Shown here in pieces: positions 1-17,775 of a stretch of DNA of 64,000 nucleotides. Position numbers and translations under genes: made by a program. A model generated the notes under the pieces. It had not been told where the DNA came from and ran no database searches. It saw only the letters and a program-made list of their open reading frames with translations. Each line of letters starts with the position of its first letter. The stretch's first letter is position 1. Source of the DNA: the human T2T-CHM13v2.0 reference genome, Homo sapiens; assembly GCF_009914755.1 (NCBI RefSeq), contig NC_060931.1; one strand, written 5' to 3'.

Positions 1-679
1 GTGCCTCCTTCATTCACATTAAGACCTCTTCTTCCTTTAATAACATTACCTTTTTCCCACTGCTTCTGGCAATAACACTCAGCACCAAGTCTCTGATAAA
101 CAAAGAAGGCCACTTAGGTTTTGAGAGATGTGGTGTGTACCTAGTATACTCTGATGGCCAAGATTTGGCTTATGGTGGAACAAGTGGTGCCAGGGCCCCT
201 TCTTAAGCAGCACAGGAGCGACAAATCTTTGGTCTCAAATCTTAATTTTTTATATTAGTCTTTAAAATTTTAAATTATTTTAAAATTTTTTTCAATAAGT
301 CTTTTGTACTCCTAACCTTTGAATTTCAAGTCATAAGATTGTAAGTTTTAGAGTATTAATGTAGGCTTACTCTTTGTGGATTTAGAGATTAGATGACTGG
401 AGGAGAATAATAAAAGTGAAACTGAAGTAATTACCAAATGAGGTTGAGTTCTAAGTTAAGTACTGTACTTGTTTACTACCCCACAATGAGTCCAGTGATT
501 TTAACAACAAGGCTTGTAAGCGAGAAGCTTAAGGTTCCTATTCAAGGTTAACTATTGTTATGATGTTGGTGCTAGGAAAATAACTTCCCTCAACCTCAGT
601 TTTTCTCTTTGTAAAGGAAGAGTGAAAACGACGACTCACTCTGTTGTGGGGAAATACTTACAAAAGGAAATAAAATTTA

Positions 680-1066
<387 letters not shown>

Positions 1067-1481
1067 TTAGCTTGTGCCAGTTAAGGCTTTTTACTTTGAT
1101 TTTAAGTTTCCTTCCTCCTACTTCATCCTTTTGTTGAGTTGTCATTCAGATCACAACAGATACTCTTGTATAACTGTCTTTGTTGGCTTAGTCTTCAACA
1201 GGTGGATTGATCTTGGACTTCAAATATTTGAGCATTTACTATATGCAAAGCTTGGAACTGGGTGCATAGGGAATAAATATAAAATGTATACAAGTGTGAT
1301 TCCTGCCCTTCAATATACAATCATTCAAATACTTGTAGACAGTTCTGCTCTTACTTTTCCTACCCCAGATAGTCTCTTCTCCATGGAAATCATTCCTGCT
1401 TCTCTTAATCATTCTTCATATGATGTAGTCGGCCAGGCCATTACTACCATCCTGGCTATCAGCATCACTTGTAAGAGGTCA

Positions 1482-1567
1482 TGTTTCAAATTATAATTCT
1501 CAGGGTGTTGCTTGACCTGTTTCATATTTCAAATTATAATTCTCAGGGTGTTGCTTGACCTGTTTCA
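1482..1567. repeat. 43-bp tandem duplication (42/43 identical)
   Basis: t(g/a)tttcaaattataattctcagggtgttgcttgacctgtttca at 1482-1524 and 1525-1567. Confidence 0.95.
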
Positions 1568-1633
1568 ATTTTCTTCCTTGTTCAGGTCACTGTACTGTTA
1601 TTTTATTACCTATGAATTTGTATTAACTTTTAA

Positions 1634-2008
<375 letters not shown>

Positions 2009-3159
2009 TGAAATGGATTTCTTATTCGCTGTATACTTCTAAAAAATAAATGCATGTATATTTACCCTTGATAAATTTTATTTTGTATTTTCAGCACGTT
2101 GTTTCTATATGTTCAGATATTTGATCTTTTATAATCTTTAATGATATCTCTTATATCTTTAATGGTATTATTTAATCTTTATAGATAGGTTTAGATCACC
2201 AGAAAATTTATAAGCTACCATTTAAATCTTCACAATATTGATAAACATCTACTAAGATAAGGCCAAATAGAGAGTTCTGTGGCAACTGTTAGTTACTTCT
2301 TTCCAGATTTACATTAAACAATTGATTAATAATCTTAGAATCGTTGTTCAACCAATTGTAAATCTATCACTTAACTAGCATAAGAAAGTTAATCTTGATT
2401 TCAGCAATATGTATTGGACCTACTTTATGTTATTTCTCTGATCTCTTAGTCTAATACTTTTGTCAAAAGTAAAATGAGGTTAGCATGATTGTTTTTCTTG
2501 GTGAACACCATTCTGACTCACTGTGTTCTCTGTACCCCTTCCCTACCCCACCGTAGGCTAACATAGGAAATCTTTGTTAAACCCTTAATCTATGATTTCA
2601 ATAATCTAGTCTCTTTTTTTCCTTTGAAATTGAGAAAATTAAAATTGCACTTTATTGTTTCTAGTCTTCTAGCTTCTCTTCCATTTTTCATGAGAGATCA
2701 TGGAGATCTTAGGCTGTAATTTATCTGGTTCTAGATATTTGCATTTACTAAAAGCTACTGGGTGCTCTTTTATTATCTTTTCTCCTATTTCAGGCTTCAG
2801 TTTCCTCTTAACCATTTGCATTCTCTTTTCAGTATGGAAAGTTACTCTGGATAAAGAAAATGCAAGCAAAATAAGAGTTGAATAGGTTTGATTTTCTGTA
2901 TTATTTTTTAACATGGTAGAAGGGCCTGTCTCATATTTTTGCATATAACATCACTGAAAAAAGACTATATGTTTGCACTTTTCATAAGCTTATATTGATA
3001 TTCTATTATGTGCCAGGCACTGCATTAGATTCTTGGGCTCCAAATATAAATAAGATATGGTCTCTGTTCTCAAGGAGGTCACAATATAATTGGAGAGATA
3101 CGTATTTATATAAATATTTACTGTATAGCAAGAGCCGCTGGCCAGGATCAGAAAACATA

Positions 3160-3740
3160 CTTTGAGGGTTAGAAAAATAAGACAGGGATTTATGCTGAAT
3201 AAGGTGGCGAAATGTACATTTTCAATAAGCTATAGGAGGAGTCATGAATATTTATGAAAGGAGAAACATGTACATGCACAGTTGAGCTTCTTACCCCTTT
3301 ATGGGTTGCATGTACAGAGAAAAGGCAGTATTAGCATGATCCAAGGGTGGAGTTTTTGAGCCTCTGGCCTCAAAAGGTGAAGCAGAGGACATGAAAAGCC
3401 TCACTGCGCATCCTCTGTGGACTGGCCAGAACCACTCCGTGGTTGGTGGTCTCCTATTAGGAAGGAATGCTGGTTGGTGGTTGTGAGGAAACCACAAGAG
3501 GGAGGGGCAATGTCAGGAGGTTGGTTTATATTAGCAGTGGAGCAAGTAAAAAGGCTGGTTTCTGTTTAACCCTTAGGAAAGAAGCCTAATGCTGGGCAGC
3601 AAGGGATGGGTATAATGAGGTGTGTCTGACCTTTCACTTGGTCATGGCTGGGAACTCAGATTTCAGGACTTCTCTGGGGTCTCCTTGGCCAAGAGATGGT
3701 CACTTCAGTCAGTTGGGGGGCTTAGAATTTTATTTCTCAG
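3160..3740 (-). mobile_element. ERV1 MER4-group LTR (MER66/MER4-like)
   Basis: Terminus 'ctctggggtctccttggccaagagatggtcacttcagtcagttggggggcttagaattttattt' resembles the reverse complement of MER4-group LTR 5' ends. Confidence 0.65.
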
Positions 3741-4034
3741 GAGGAACAACATTCCTTTTTATGAAGAATAGCATATAATAAGCTGACATGAAAATGGAGG
3801 GTAAAGGCTACCTGATGTGTTTAGAAATCTTAAAATAATCCAGGATGGTTGGAATACGGAATAGGAGTCCCAAGAAATGAGGCTGGAGGTGGGACCATAA
3901 AAGAAAGGGCCTTATATTCTTTGCTAGAATTTGGACTCCAGGAGGCACAGGAGTATCACCGAAGGGTTTTAAGCTGGGGATGTGATCAAAACCAAGCCTG
4001 TCTAGTCAGTCCTTCCTTATGACATACTATATAA

Positions 4035-4390
4035 TTAAGTTTAGTCTGTTATGTTGTGGTAACAAACAGTCCCCATATTTTAGTGGCTTACAATAACAAG
4101 GATTTATTTTTTGCTCATACTGCATGTCCATTGTGTAGCTTTGTTCCAAGACTTAGGCTAGATGCTCATATCTGAGACATTTTCTCTTGTATTAGAGATA
4201 AATAAGGCATGGTAGAACCACACCATTTCTCTGAAAGTTTCTGTTCAGAAGTGGGATGTGTCATTTCCTCTTACTTCCCAGCGTCATTGGCTAAAGCAAG
4301 TCATGTGGCCAAACTTGATATCAACTGGACCAGTTGTCTAATTCTCCACCAGGAAGGAGCAGTGATTTTTGAATAATAATGGCATCTATT
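4035..4390 (-). mobile_element. Old MaLR LTR (MLT1J/K/L-like)
   Basis: 'gttatgttgtggtaacaaacagtcccc...agtggcttacaataacaagg' and 'cattggctaaagcaagtcatgtggcc'. Confidence 0.6.
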
Positions 4391-4934
4391 TACATGTATC
4401 AAATTTTATTTCTTTGCTTTCCGGGATTACCTGGGAGCATCTGGTGACTGTGTTCCCAGTGACTTGAAGTAGCTTGAGGGAATAAAGCTAGTTGTAGGCA
4501 GAGAAACGAGAGACAAGAAAATGTCCTGGCAGCTTTAATTTGTTTCTCTTCTCCCTGAGGCTGTCCTGGTTCCTGAAATTTTCCTTTGTGTCTGTAAGCT
4601 AATAGGAGAGTGTCATGATCAGATGTGCATTTTAGCAAGATTACTTCAGATGCAATATGGAGAATGGGGAGAATGCATTCGAGTAAAAGCAGGAAGAACA
4701 GTTAGTGCCTTGTGTAGAAAGAATTTTTAGTAATCTGTTTCAGATATAGAAGGACAAACTAAGGGCCTGGCAATAGAAATGTGGGATTCTTTTAGAGTTA
4801 CCTCTGAGTCCTGGCTATTGTGGGGAGAAATAAAAGAGAAGGAAGAGAGTTATGTCCAGGTAAGGCATTTGAGTAGATGGTGGTGCCATTCACCAACATA
4901 AGGGGTAAAACAGGTCAGAGGAGAAGATATTTTA

Positions 4935-5238
4935 TTTTATTTTATTTTTTATTTTTTTGAGACGGAGTCATGCTCTGTCGCCTAGGCTGGAGTGCAGTGG
5001 CGCCATCTCGGCTCACTGCAAGCTCCACCTCCTGGCTTCACGCCATTCTCCTGCTTCAGCCTCCTAAGTAGCTGGGACTACAGGCACCCGCCACCATGCC
5101 CGGCTAATTTTTTGTATTTTTAGTAGAGACGGGGTTTCACCTTGTTAGCCAGGATGGTCTCAATCTCCTGACCTCGTGATCCACCCGCCTCAGCCTCCCA
5201 AAGTGCGGGATTACAGGCGTGAGCCACTGCGCCCGGCC
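4935..5238 (-). mobile_element. AluY with 16-bp TSD
   Basis: AluY diagnostics (gcaagctcc, cacgccattctc, gttagccaggatggtctc); TSD ag(g/t)agaagatatttta at 4919-4934 and 5239-5254. Confidence 0.95.
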
Positions 5239-5694
5239 AGTAGAAGATATTTTAGACATTGAGTTTGAGGTGTCTGTGGAACATCTAAGTGGAGATGACT
5301 AGTAGGCAAATTGGATAAACCGGTATCGAGCTCACGGGATGTAAAGAGTGTTATTAAAATGATGGTTCATGGAATGTAAGGGTAAGAAATCATGGATAAG
5401 AAGGAAAGGAAAAAAGGAGATGACCGAGAGATTGAAGTAAAAGAATTAGTGAGCTAAAGTCTGTGAAATTATAGTAGAGAAAATTAAACAAGCAAGCTAA
5501 AAAGAAGTCAGAGAACAGGATACCCAAATTAGCCATTATGGAGATGGAACAGTTTCTAGTGGTGATAAGGTCTGGAGTAACCTTGGTTGTGCTTAGCTGA
5601 GTTAGAATGGAGCAGAACGTCATTGAAGATGACATCAAGGAACTCGAAGGCTAAGGTCTTTATGGGCCACCCACGTGGATTGTTGCTTGTTCAG

Positions 5695-6270
5695 TGTGAC
5701 AGAGACTCCTAGTTGTTTACTCAGTATCCAGTTTCTACTTCTTCCTTACTAGCAGAACGCTAGGCAATATGCATTGGAAAAACTATACATAGAATTAAAT
5801 TCAACTGCATATAACAGTAACCCCCAATAACAATGCCTTATATTGTATATGAGTTTATTTTTATTAAAAAATCAGCTTCGTTTCACATTTTTTACAGAAT
5901 TTATGGTATTTATTAGATTCTAACTTGAGTAAGTTATATACATGATTTATTAAATCTGGTCAATTGTAATCCAGAATGTATGTACTGTGTTTTATTTATA
6001 AAGAAATATAGAGAGAAACATTTACAAGATTGGTGTGATGGCTCCTCCACAGGGATTAGAGACCCAGACTCCTGTCATTTTTCTCTCCATTGTTCTTAGT
6101 ATGCTGCTTCCATCATTAGGGATGCTTTCATGGCTTAAGATGACTGCTGGAGCTCAGGGCATTATTTCAGCATTATATGAAGCAAGAAGGAGGAAGGGGA
6201 AAAAGGCAAAAAGGGCATCCCAGAAGCCCCACCCAACAACTTCCGCTTCCATTTCATCTGATAAACTCAG
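5695..6270. mobile_element. Old MLT1 LTR fragments
   Basis: 'gtgacagagactcctagttgttt' and 'aagatgactgctggagctcagg' MLT1-like motifs. Confidence 0.5.
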
Positions 6271-7298
6271 GTTGATGGTGGGATTTAGGATGACTAGAAT
6301 CTGAGAGAGGAATTTGATAGGTGGCAGTAACTAGGGAAAGAGATGAGGGAGTTGAATGGCATGACCTTAAAGGGGCTGCTTTATTATAAGAGAGTGAAGT
6401 AGTATTCTGGCAGAGTGTGGCAAGTGCACAGGTTCTGAGGGGGTGTGTGTGGGTGAAGGAAGTTTATCAGACATTTTTCAGGAATTAGCAAGGAGGCACG
6501 TGCAGCTGGAGTAGAGTAAGTAAGGGGGAGAGTTGTGGAGATTAAGGCTGGCAGGTAATGAGCCAGTGTCATGTATGGTGTTAATAGGTCATATTCAGGA
6601 TTATGCTTTAACTTTTGCTTTAAATGAGATAGAAAACCATTGGAAAGTTTTGAGCAAAGAATGACAGGATCATATTTAAGTTTTGAAAAGATCGCTCTGG
6701 CTGTAGGGTTGAGAATAGACTGAAGGGGTCAGGAGACCAGTTAGGAGGTTACTGCAATAACTAGAGAAGAGACGATAGTAGTTTGGAGCAGATAATAGCG
6801 GTGACGATGAGAGAAGTGGCCAGATTCTGCATATATAGTAGAGCAAAAAAGATATGCTAATGTATTTGATGAGTGTTTGAAAGAGAAAAGTTTTGGATGA
6901 CTTCAAAGTCTTTGTCCAGAACAACTGTAAGTATAAAAACAATAGGGAGAAGTTGTCCAAAATGAGGATAATTGTATTGCTACAGTGACCTTCTGTAGGT
7001 GTAATCAGTGTCTTCCTGTTTTAGTATATTCCTGTTTCTTGTCTCCTTTTCTTTTTTCTCAGTGCACATTTAACTAGTTTTCAATACATTCGCTATTTTG
7101 CTCAGCCAACAAATGACTGTTAACAATTACAAAGTTGTTTCAGCCTTTATCGGTTAGGCTTCTTTGGTTGCAAAACAAACCAAAATTGACTTTGTTCAAT
7201 TGACTTAAGCAAAAAAGGTAGTGGATGAGAAGGAGGGAGGGGAAAGGATAATAGAGGTAAGTCACAGAATAAGGAAATGCTAAAGAATTACACCTTGG

Positions 7299-7465
7299 GG
7301 CTGGGCGTGGTGGCTCACGCCTGTAATCCCAGTTACTCTGGAGGCTGAGTCAGGAGAATGGCTTGAACCCAGGAGGCAGAGAGGTTGCAGTGAGCCGAGA
7401 TCTCACAATTGCACTCCATCCTGGGCAACAAGAGTGAAACTCCGTCCCCCGCCAAAAAAAAAAAA
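7299..7465 (+). mobile_element. Monomer-length AluS (left-arm start joined to right-arm body) with intact TSD
   Basis: ggctgggcgtggtggctcacgcctgtaatcccag joined to ttactctggaggctgagtcaggagaatg; TSD aattacaccttgg at 7286-7298 and 7464-7476. Confidence 0.85.
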
Positions 7466-8149
7466 TTACACCTTGGGAGAACCCTGAACTAAAGTATCTC
7501 ACTGAGATCTAGATAGCATAATGGACATAATGGTTTTTATCAGGGTAACGTCTTCTGGACAAATCACTCATATAATTGAGTATCTAATTTAATAATGGTA
7601 CTGAGCTAGATACTGAGGGCGGGGAATAGGAGGGGCAATCCAAAGCTGAATAAAATATATTACATACCTTTGGAGGATTATAATAGAGTAGAATTAATGA
7701 ATCATGTCTATCACTTATTCAAATTAGAATGTAATAAATACCATAAATGCTACAAAAGATATTAAACAAAGATGATTAGATGATTTTGTATGACTAACCA
7801 TAGCAATATTTTAACATTTTAGATACAAATAGATTTTAAAGGAAAGATAGACATAAGAAAATGTCAGATAAATTTTTTTTTTTTGCCCACTAAACGCAAA
7901 ATATTTATGTTGTGGAGACATAGTAAATTATGATACATTCATAGAGCATAATACTAAGCAGCCATCAGAAATGATGTTGCACAAGTATGCCTAATAAGAA
8001 GGGGAAATGATCATTTTGTTTTAAGTGAAAACAAAAAAAGATTATGAAATCACACAAATAGAAAATCTGAAATTTAACATGAGTGGGGTGTGTGGTGTAT
8101 GTATGAGAGAGAGTAGTACACCCTCCAAGTTATTGAGTTCACTCAAGGG

Positions 8150-8159
8150 GTGTGTGTGT

Positions 8160-8203
<44 letters not shown>
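8150..8203. repeat. (TG)n microsatellite, about 26 units with one TA interruption
   Basis: Directly visible. Confidence 0.97.
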
Positions 8204-8205
<2 letters not shown>

Positions 8206-8222
8206 ACCCTCCAACTTATTGA

Positions 8223-8619
<397 letters not shown>

Positions 8620-9224
8620 TAATCAGGCTATTGTAATTATCTAAGTAAGAGAGGATAAGGACCTGACCCTAAGATAGGAAGTAGAAAAGAGGGAATCTTG
8701 TGGGAGAGATGGTAAGATGATGGAATTGATAGAATTTGGTGACTGACTTCTGTATGTGTGTGGGAGTGGATGCTCTGTGTGATAACAGAGAGATGAGTTT
8801 CTAGTCTTATATGATTGGGTAAATGGTCATACTCCTATTTATTTAAAAGTACCTATAACATGGGAGTAGAAAGCTCTGAAAATGTGGCATATGATCTGTT
8901 TTAAGAAAAAAGAGGATGAGGGGAAATAGAGAGAGAGGAAAGTGAGGAATTTCTTTTGACGACTTTTTGGACAAACTTGCTATTTTAGTTCACTCCCTTT
9001 TTACTCCTAGTTCTACTAGGAGTAAACGTAGTAGTTTAAACTAGTAATTAGTAATTTAGTAAATTTAAACTAATAATTTCCAAGTCAGAATTTTAACAGT
9101 CATGACTGATTTTTAAGCCTCTATGTTATCTTGAGGATCTTGTTTTTACCAGCTATACCTTAAAGAAGCTCAGCTTTGAAAGGGCTTTGTGACATAACCA
9201 GGTTTTGGAAAGATCAAGGTATGA

Positions 9225-9584
<360 letters not shown>

Positions 9585-9739
9585 GCTTGTGCTTTCTTGG
9601 GAACGACATTAATGCTGTGGTTGAATCTTTCCTTTGTTTAAACAAACCAAAAGTAAGATTTGAAGGCTGCCTGGTGGGCTGAATTTCTCTTTTGGTAGAA
9701 TGTTTTAGCTTTTTGAAAATAAGTAGACCTCTTTACTTT

Positions 9740-10005
9740 TTAAAAGTAACTTTATTGAGATATAATTTCATACTGCGAAGTTCACTCATTTAAAGCATAC
9801 AATTCAGTGAGTGATTTTTTTTCATATTTACAGAGTGTATAACCATTACTGTAATTTAATTTTGGAACATTTTCATCATCCCAGAAAGAAACCTTGTAGT
9901 AATCATTCCCTAGGCAACCACGAATCTATTTTCTGTCTCTGGACGTTTCATATAATTTGCCTATTCTGGACATTTCATATAAATGGGATCATAACCATAT
10001 GTGTA
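9740..10005 (-). mobile_element. Old L1M 3' UTR fragment
   Basis: 'aactttattgagatataatttcatac...ttcactcatttaaagcatacaattcagtg' and 'ctggacatttcatataaatgg'. Confidence 0.8.
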
Positions 10006-10065
10006 GACCTTTTGGCTTTCAAAGTTTCTTTTTTTTCTTTTCTTTTTTTCCTAAGTGATTCCTGT

Positions 10066-10645
<580 letters not shown>

Positions 10646-12006
10646 CTAAATGAGTTCTTTTTGTATTCCGTAATTTTTAGAGTTCACCTTAAATTTTACA
10701 GTGTCTATAGATTGATAAATTTGCTTGATACTTAATTCATGCTTATATCCTTATCACTAAATGCATAATATATGTCAAATAAATTATTTGTAATGGATTT
10801 TTTATGGACATCAAAATATATTCTTTATTGATATTGTTCCAGTGTCTGACTTTCATTTATAATTTCATATTACCATTTTTGCTCCTATCTACTACTCACT
10901 TTCTAGCTAAAGTGTTTATACTTACAGTGATGGAAAGTTTTTGACTTGGGCCTTCCTTATTCCTGCGTATTATTTAATTTTACAGTGTTTGGTAGAAGCA
11001 AGGTCAAAAGTTTACTGAAAAGAAAATGAAGCCCATTAGGAGACTATTAGGTATATCTTAATATTTCCTTTCTCAGTTCCTTTAGATCCTTCCTCATTGT
11101 ATTATCTGGGTCACACTGGTTGAGGGATTCTACCTTCCTAATGTAACGTCAGTTGTGTTTAGAACTGCCTTGACATACGTACCTGCTTGATTGGCGTCCT
11201 CTTCTATTAGTCACCAGAGTACAGAGATACTCAGTTCCAATGATAAAAATAGTATACATTCCCTTTAGTTAGAATCTTCTTAGTGCAAATAACCTTGGAC
11301 CTATGGGTCCTGTCCATGATAAAAGGCAGAACATTTTTCACTTTTTTCTTTGAGTTTCTCTTCCTGTGACTTCCCCCTCCTTGTTATATGTTTTACATTT
11401 GACAAAGGGGGAAAGAACACTCAAGATTCCTAGTCATATGCCAGATAAATATATAATAGACATTATTTTAAATCTATAGCTGAGCTTGTGAAAAAGTAAG
11501 GAAAATCCTTAGGGGCAAAAAAATGATGAGGGCATTGAAAATCAGTGTTAAGTACATAAGCTAAAGTTACGGCTGCTCTGGATGACTAAGAGACTTAGTT
11601 TTAACAACCACATGGGAATAAGAGACTTTTTTACTCCCCTGCAGAAAGCTAAGTTCCTCAAAGGGTTTCCACATTATTGAAAAGATGATCTAGAAAAAAC
11701 ATTTGCCCCATGGCATAGAGAAATGTCAAGGAAGTTTGTCCACTCCGTGTGGGCTTTAGGTGAGAAAGGTTTCTCTGAGAATTTGTTACCTGGGGTTGTC
11801 TTCACATAGGTTCAGTTTAGAATGTTCCTCTTTTTCTGCAGTCCAGGAAACCCAAAGCCAAGAAATTAACATATAAAGTAGTCTTGAATCTGCAACAGTC
11901 CTACGGCATCAGGCTGAAGCAAGTGCAAAACTTCTCTATAGGGATATCCTCAATCTAGGCCACACCAAATCTCACAGCTAAAGGTGCTCTAAAAAAAAAA
12001 AGTTTT

Positions 12007-12322
<316 letters not shown>

Positions 12323-13827
12323 TCAAAAAATATAGTCACTGAAACTTAAAATTTGGTGGACAATATCAATGGTAGAATGGATACATTATGGTATATTCAT
12401 AGAACGGAATACTATTAAGCAATGGAAATGAATAAATTGCTGCTATGCATAAGATCATGGCTGAATAACAATAATGTTGAAGGAAGGAAGCCAGATGTAA
12501 AATAATATATACTATGTTATTTTATTTATATAAAGCTAAAAACCCGGGTGCGGGTAACATTGGATTTTTGTCCTGGGTGATAGTTACGTGGCTGTTTCAC
12601 TCTGTTATAATTCATTGAATTTATAATTTGTATACTTCCTCCATTTAATAGAAAGCAGATAAGGAAAATGTAATAAATGTCATAGAAAAGATAGGATAAA
12701 TAGAAAGCATAATAAAAGATGGTAGAGATAAATCCAAATGCATCAGTAATCATACTGAACATAAATGAATTACACTTATTGAAACAAAGACAGATTGTTG
12801 TAGCGTGTTTTCAAGATGGCTGATGTTAGTTCCTTCCCTCCACATGTGCACCACCCCCATCTAGTGGTGGAGTTTATTCCTCTGTTCATACCAAATCTGG
12901 GCTGGCCTTAGTGACTTGTTTGGTGAAATGTGGCAGAGATAACATTCTGGGACTTTCAAGGCCAGGTCATGAAAAGTTTTGCAGCTTCCATCTAGGCCTA
13001 TTTGAACATTCTCTTTTGGATTGCTGTGCTATGGAACATTTAGTCTTGGAACCTAGCTGCCATGCTGTGAGGAGTCCAAGCCAGATGGAGAGGCTCAGCT
13101 GAGCTCCTAGCCAACAGCTAGCATCACTTTTCAGCTACGTGAGTTCCAGTTCCAGTGGGCATCATATGGAGAAAAGCCCAGGCCCTAGGCATATGGCTCC
13201 CAGTCTAGTTATCCTCAATCAATGGAGCCACCTTACCTGAGGCCCCAGATGTTATAGAGCAGACACGAGCTGTTCCTGCTATACCCTGTCTGAATCAGAA
13301 TTGTGAGTATAATAAAATGGTTGTAGTTTTATGCCACTAAGCTTTAGGGTAGTTTGTAGTGATAGATAACTGAAACCAAATTTGGTACCTTGAAATAAGG
13401 TGCTGCCAAAACCTACAATTTGCATTGGCTTTGGAATTTGGTGAGGGTTAAAGATGGAGGGACCTTGAGAAGACAGTGAAGGCTTGAAACACAGAGAGAA
13501 AAGTGTTATTGGAGGCTGGGAAAAGAGTGAACCTTTGTTATATAGTGATTCAAGGTTTATTGGTACTGCCACATGTGGTTACATAGACCATAGAAAATGT
13601 ATCTAATGACTTCAGTGTATCTAAGGAGATTTCTAGGCAGAATGTTGAAAAAATGTTACCTAGTTTTTTCTAAGTATGATAAGGTACAAATTGATAAATG
13701 AACTAAAAAATGAACTACTAAGTTTTAAAACAGAACTTAGAGGAAATATTTCTAACCCAGGAATGGTTGTGTTATTATAGAAAATAAAACTTTTTCTCAT
13801 CTCTAGTTGCTTCAAATGGCCAATGAC

Positions 13828-14126
<299 letters not shown>

Positions 14127-14243
14127 TGACCAATGACTTCTAAATAAATGGCTTCAGAGGAAAGATAAAATTCAAGATGCTACCAATAAAACATGGCCTC
14201 AAAGTAAAGATCTCAGTGATGCAACTGTAAATCCCTTTGCTAA

Positions 14244-14696
<453 letters not shown>

Positions 14697-16027
14697 TAGC
14701 CTCACATAAGACTTGCGATAGAAAAGGTGGATGTGGCTTTTGTCTGCTGGAGTGAATCCCAATAAGATTCATAGGAAATCCACAAGATTTTAAAGAAATC
14801 ATAATAATAAAAGAGGAACAGAGACAGTAGAAAGTGAAAATAGGCCTTTAGATTTCCAATCATCTATAGGCAGGAAACAAGCTTATAAGGCCACTCCATT
14901 GCAAAAATTAACCCATCTCTTATGTAAAAAGAAGGTTAATTCAGAAACTTAGAGGGTGGAGCCAAGGGTTGTGGAGAGTCATTCTCAAGGTGTAGGACTT
15001 GGCTGTAATAGAGGAACTGGTGATATGTGTCTGATTAGATTTCAGAATTGTTATGGGCCAGTAACTGTTATGTGTCTCCTGTTCCTTCTCCCTTTTTCCT
15101 CACATTTTGAATGAGAGTGTCTATTGTGCTTATCTTAAGTCAGTCTCACTATTGTATGTTTGTATGTTGGGTGTGTGGGAGCAGATAATTTGTTTCTTTA
15201 ATTCAGATCAGGAGGAACTATACTGCAGTAGCTGTACCTGAGGAACTGCATCTGAGGAGCCTCAACCACATCTGGACCTGATTTAGATATCGAGATTCTG
15301 GACATCAAGCTGATGCCATAATGAAATGAGACTTTTGAAGGTCTTAGAAGAGGGTGAGTGTATTTTGCATGTGGGAGGGCCTTGTTGGGGCCAGAGGGTG
15401 GTCTGTGGTAGCTTGTATCCAAAGTGGCCGCCACCAATTTCTTCCCTTCTTGCTATTCAGTGGTGGAGTCTATTTCCCTTGTCCCCTTGAATCTGGGCTG
15501 GCTTTAGTGACTTGCTTAACCAATAGACTGTAACTTTCTGGGACTTCAGAGGCTAGGTCATGAAAAGCCTTGTGTCTTCTGCCTGTGCCCGTTGGAATCC
15601 TCTCTCTTGGACTGCTTGCACATAGAACCCGGTCACCATGCTGTGAGAATCCCCAGCCAGATGGAGAGGACACATGTAGGCACTGGTTGATAGCCCCATT
15701 GAGCTACCAGCAAAGAGCCAGTATCAACTGTCAGCCTTAGGAGTGAGTGAAGGAACCATGTTGAATAATCCAGCCCTAGCAGACACCATCTGGAGAAGAG
15801 CCAAGGTTTCAGACTTATGGCACATGTTAAGACATCTCAGCCATCTTCATCCTTTCAGGGCATCCCACCTGAGTTTCCCAGACATCGTCAATCAGAGACA
15901 AGCGGTCTCTGCTGTGCCCTGCCAGAATTTGTGGCCCACAGAATCATGAGAATAATAAAATGATTATTGTTTAACACTACTAAGATTTAGAATAGTTTTT
16001 AAATTTAGCCGTAGATAACTGGAACAT

Positions 16028-16493
<466 letters not shown>

Positions 16494-17279
16494 TTAATAG
16501 TAGCCAAAACTGATTTGAAGGCAAAAATCATTATTTGCATTAAAAATTATCAGAAAAAAATTGTAAAGGAAGAATTAAGCAAGAAGCTATAATTCCAAAT
16601 CAGTATGCATCTTATAGCATGGCCTTAAAATAGATAGATAGAATACAAAATATGTAGATAGAATATAGGAAGAAAATATATAGATACAAATATGAATAAA
16701 TTTATAAATCTATAAAATGGAAAAATTTAACATGTCTTTTTGAGTAATTGATGGTCAAACAGACAAAAACAACTTGAGAAGATAACAGAAGATTTGAACA
16801 ACCAACCAACAGGCTTCATTTTTTGGATATGTACCAAGCCCCACGCTTAATAGATGAGAATATACATTCTTTTTAGGGAGTTTTAAAAAAATTGAACACA
16901 CACTGAATTCATAAATCAAGTCTCAACAAAACCAATGAATGGATATTATGCAAACTATTCTCGTACTCAATTCAGTTAAGACTGAAATTGAGCAAAAAGA
17001 TAACCAAAATAATTTTATATATTTGGAAATTTAAAAGCATACTTCTAAGTAACTCATAGATCAAAGAAAAAATAATAATGGAAATTATAAGTAAAGCCGA
17101 ATGATAATATAAATACTGTGTATCAGAATTATGGGTTACAACTAAAGCAGCATTTAGAGGGAAATTTATATCATCACAAAGAAGATGAGGGTAAGAAAAA
17201 CTAATTAAGAACATTAAAAAAGCCAAAGGGAAATTTACAGCCTTACATGCTTATATTAGAAAAAAAACAGAGTTCATTA

Positions 17280-17775
<496 letters not shown>

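Larger units (their letters stand above)
2985..6960 (-). mobile_element. Fragmented L2 LINE remnants (probably more than one copy), interleaved with LTR, MLT1 and Alu insertions
   Basis: L2 3'-end-like 'ctattatgtgccaggcactg...ggtctctgttctcaagg'; internal L2 motifs 'gagtttgaggtgtctgtggaacatctaagtggagatg' and 'gcaggagaccagttaggagg'-like. Confidence 0.6.

Noticed and set aside
1074-1496. 140-aa ORF
   Set aside because: Non-ATG start, overlaps decayed LINE sequence, and shows no recognisable homology.
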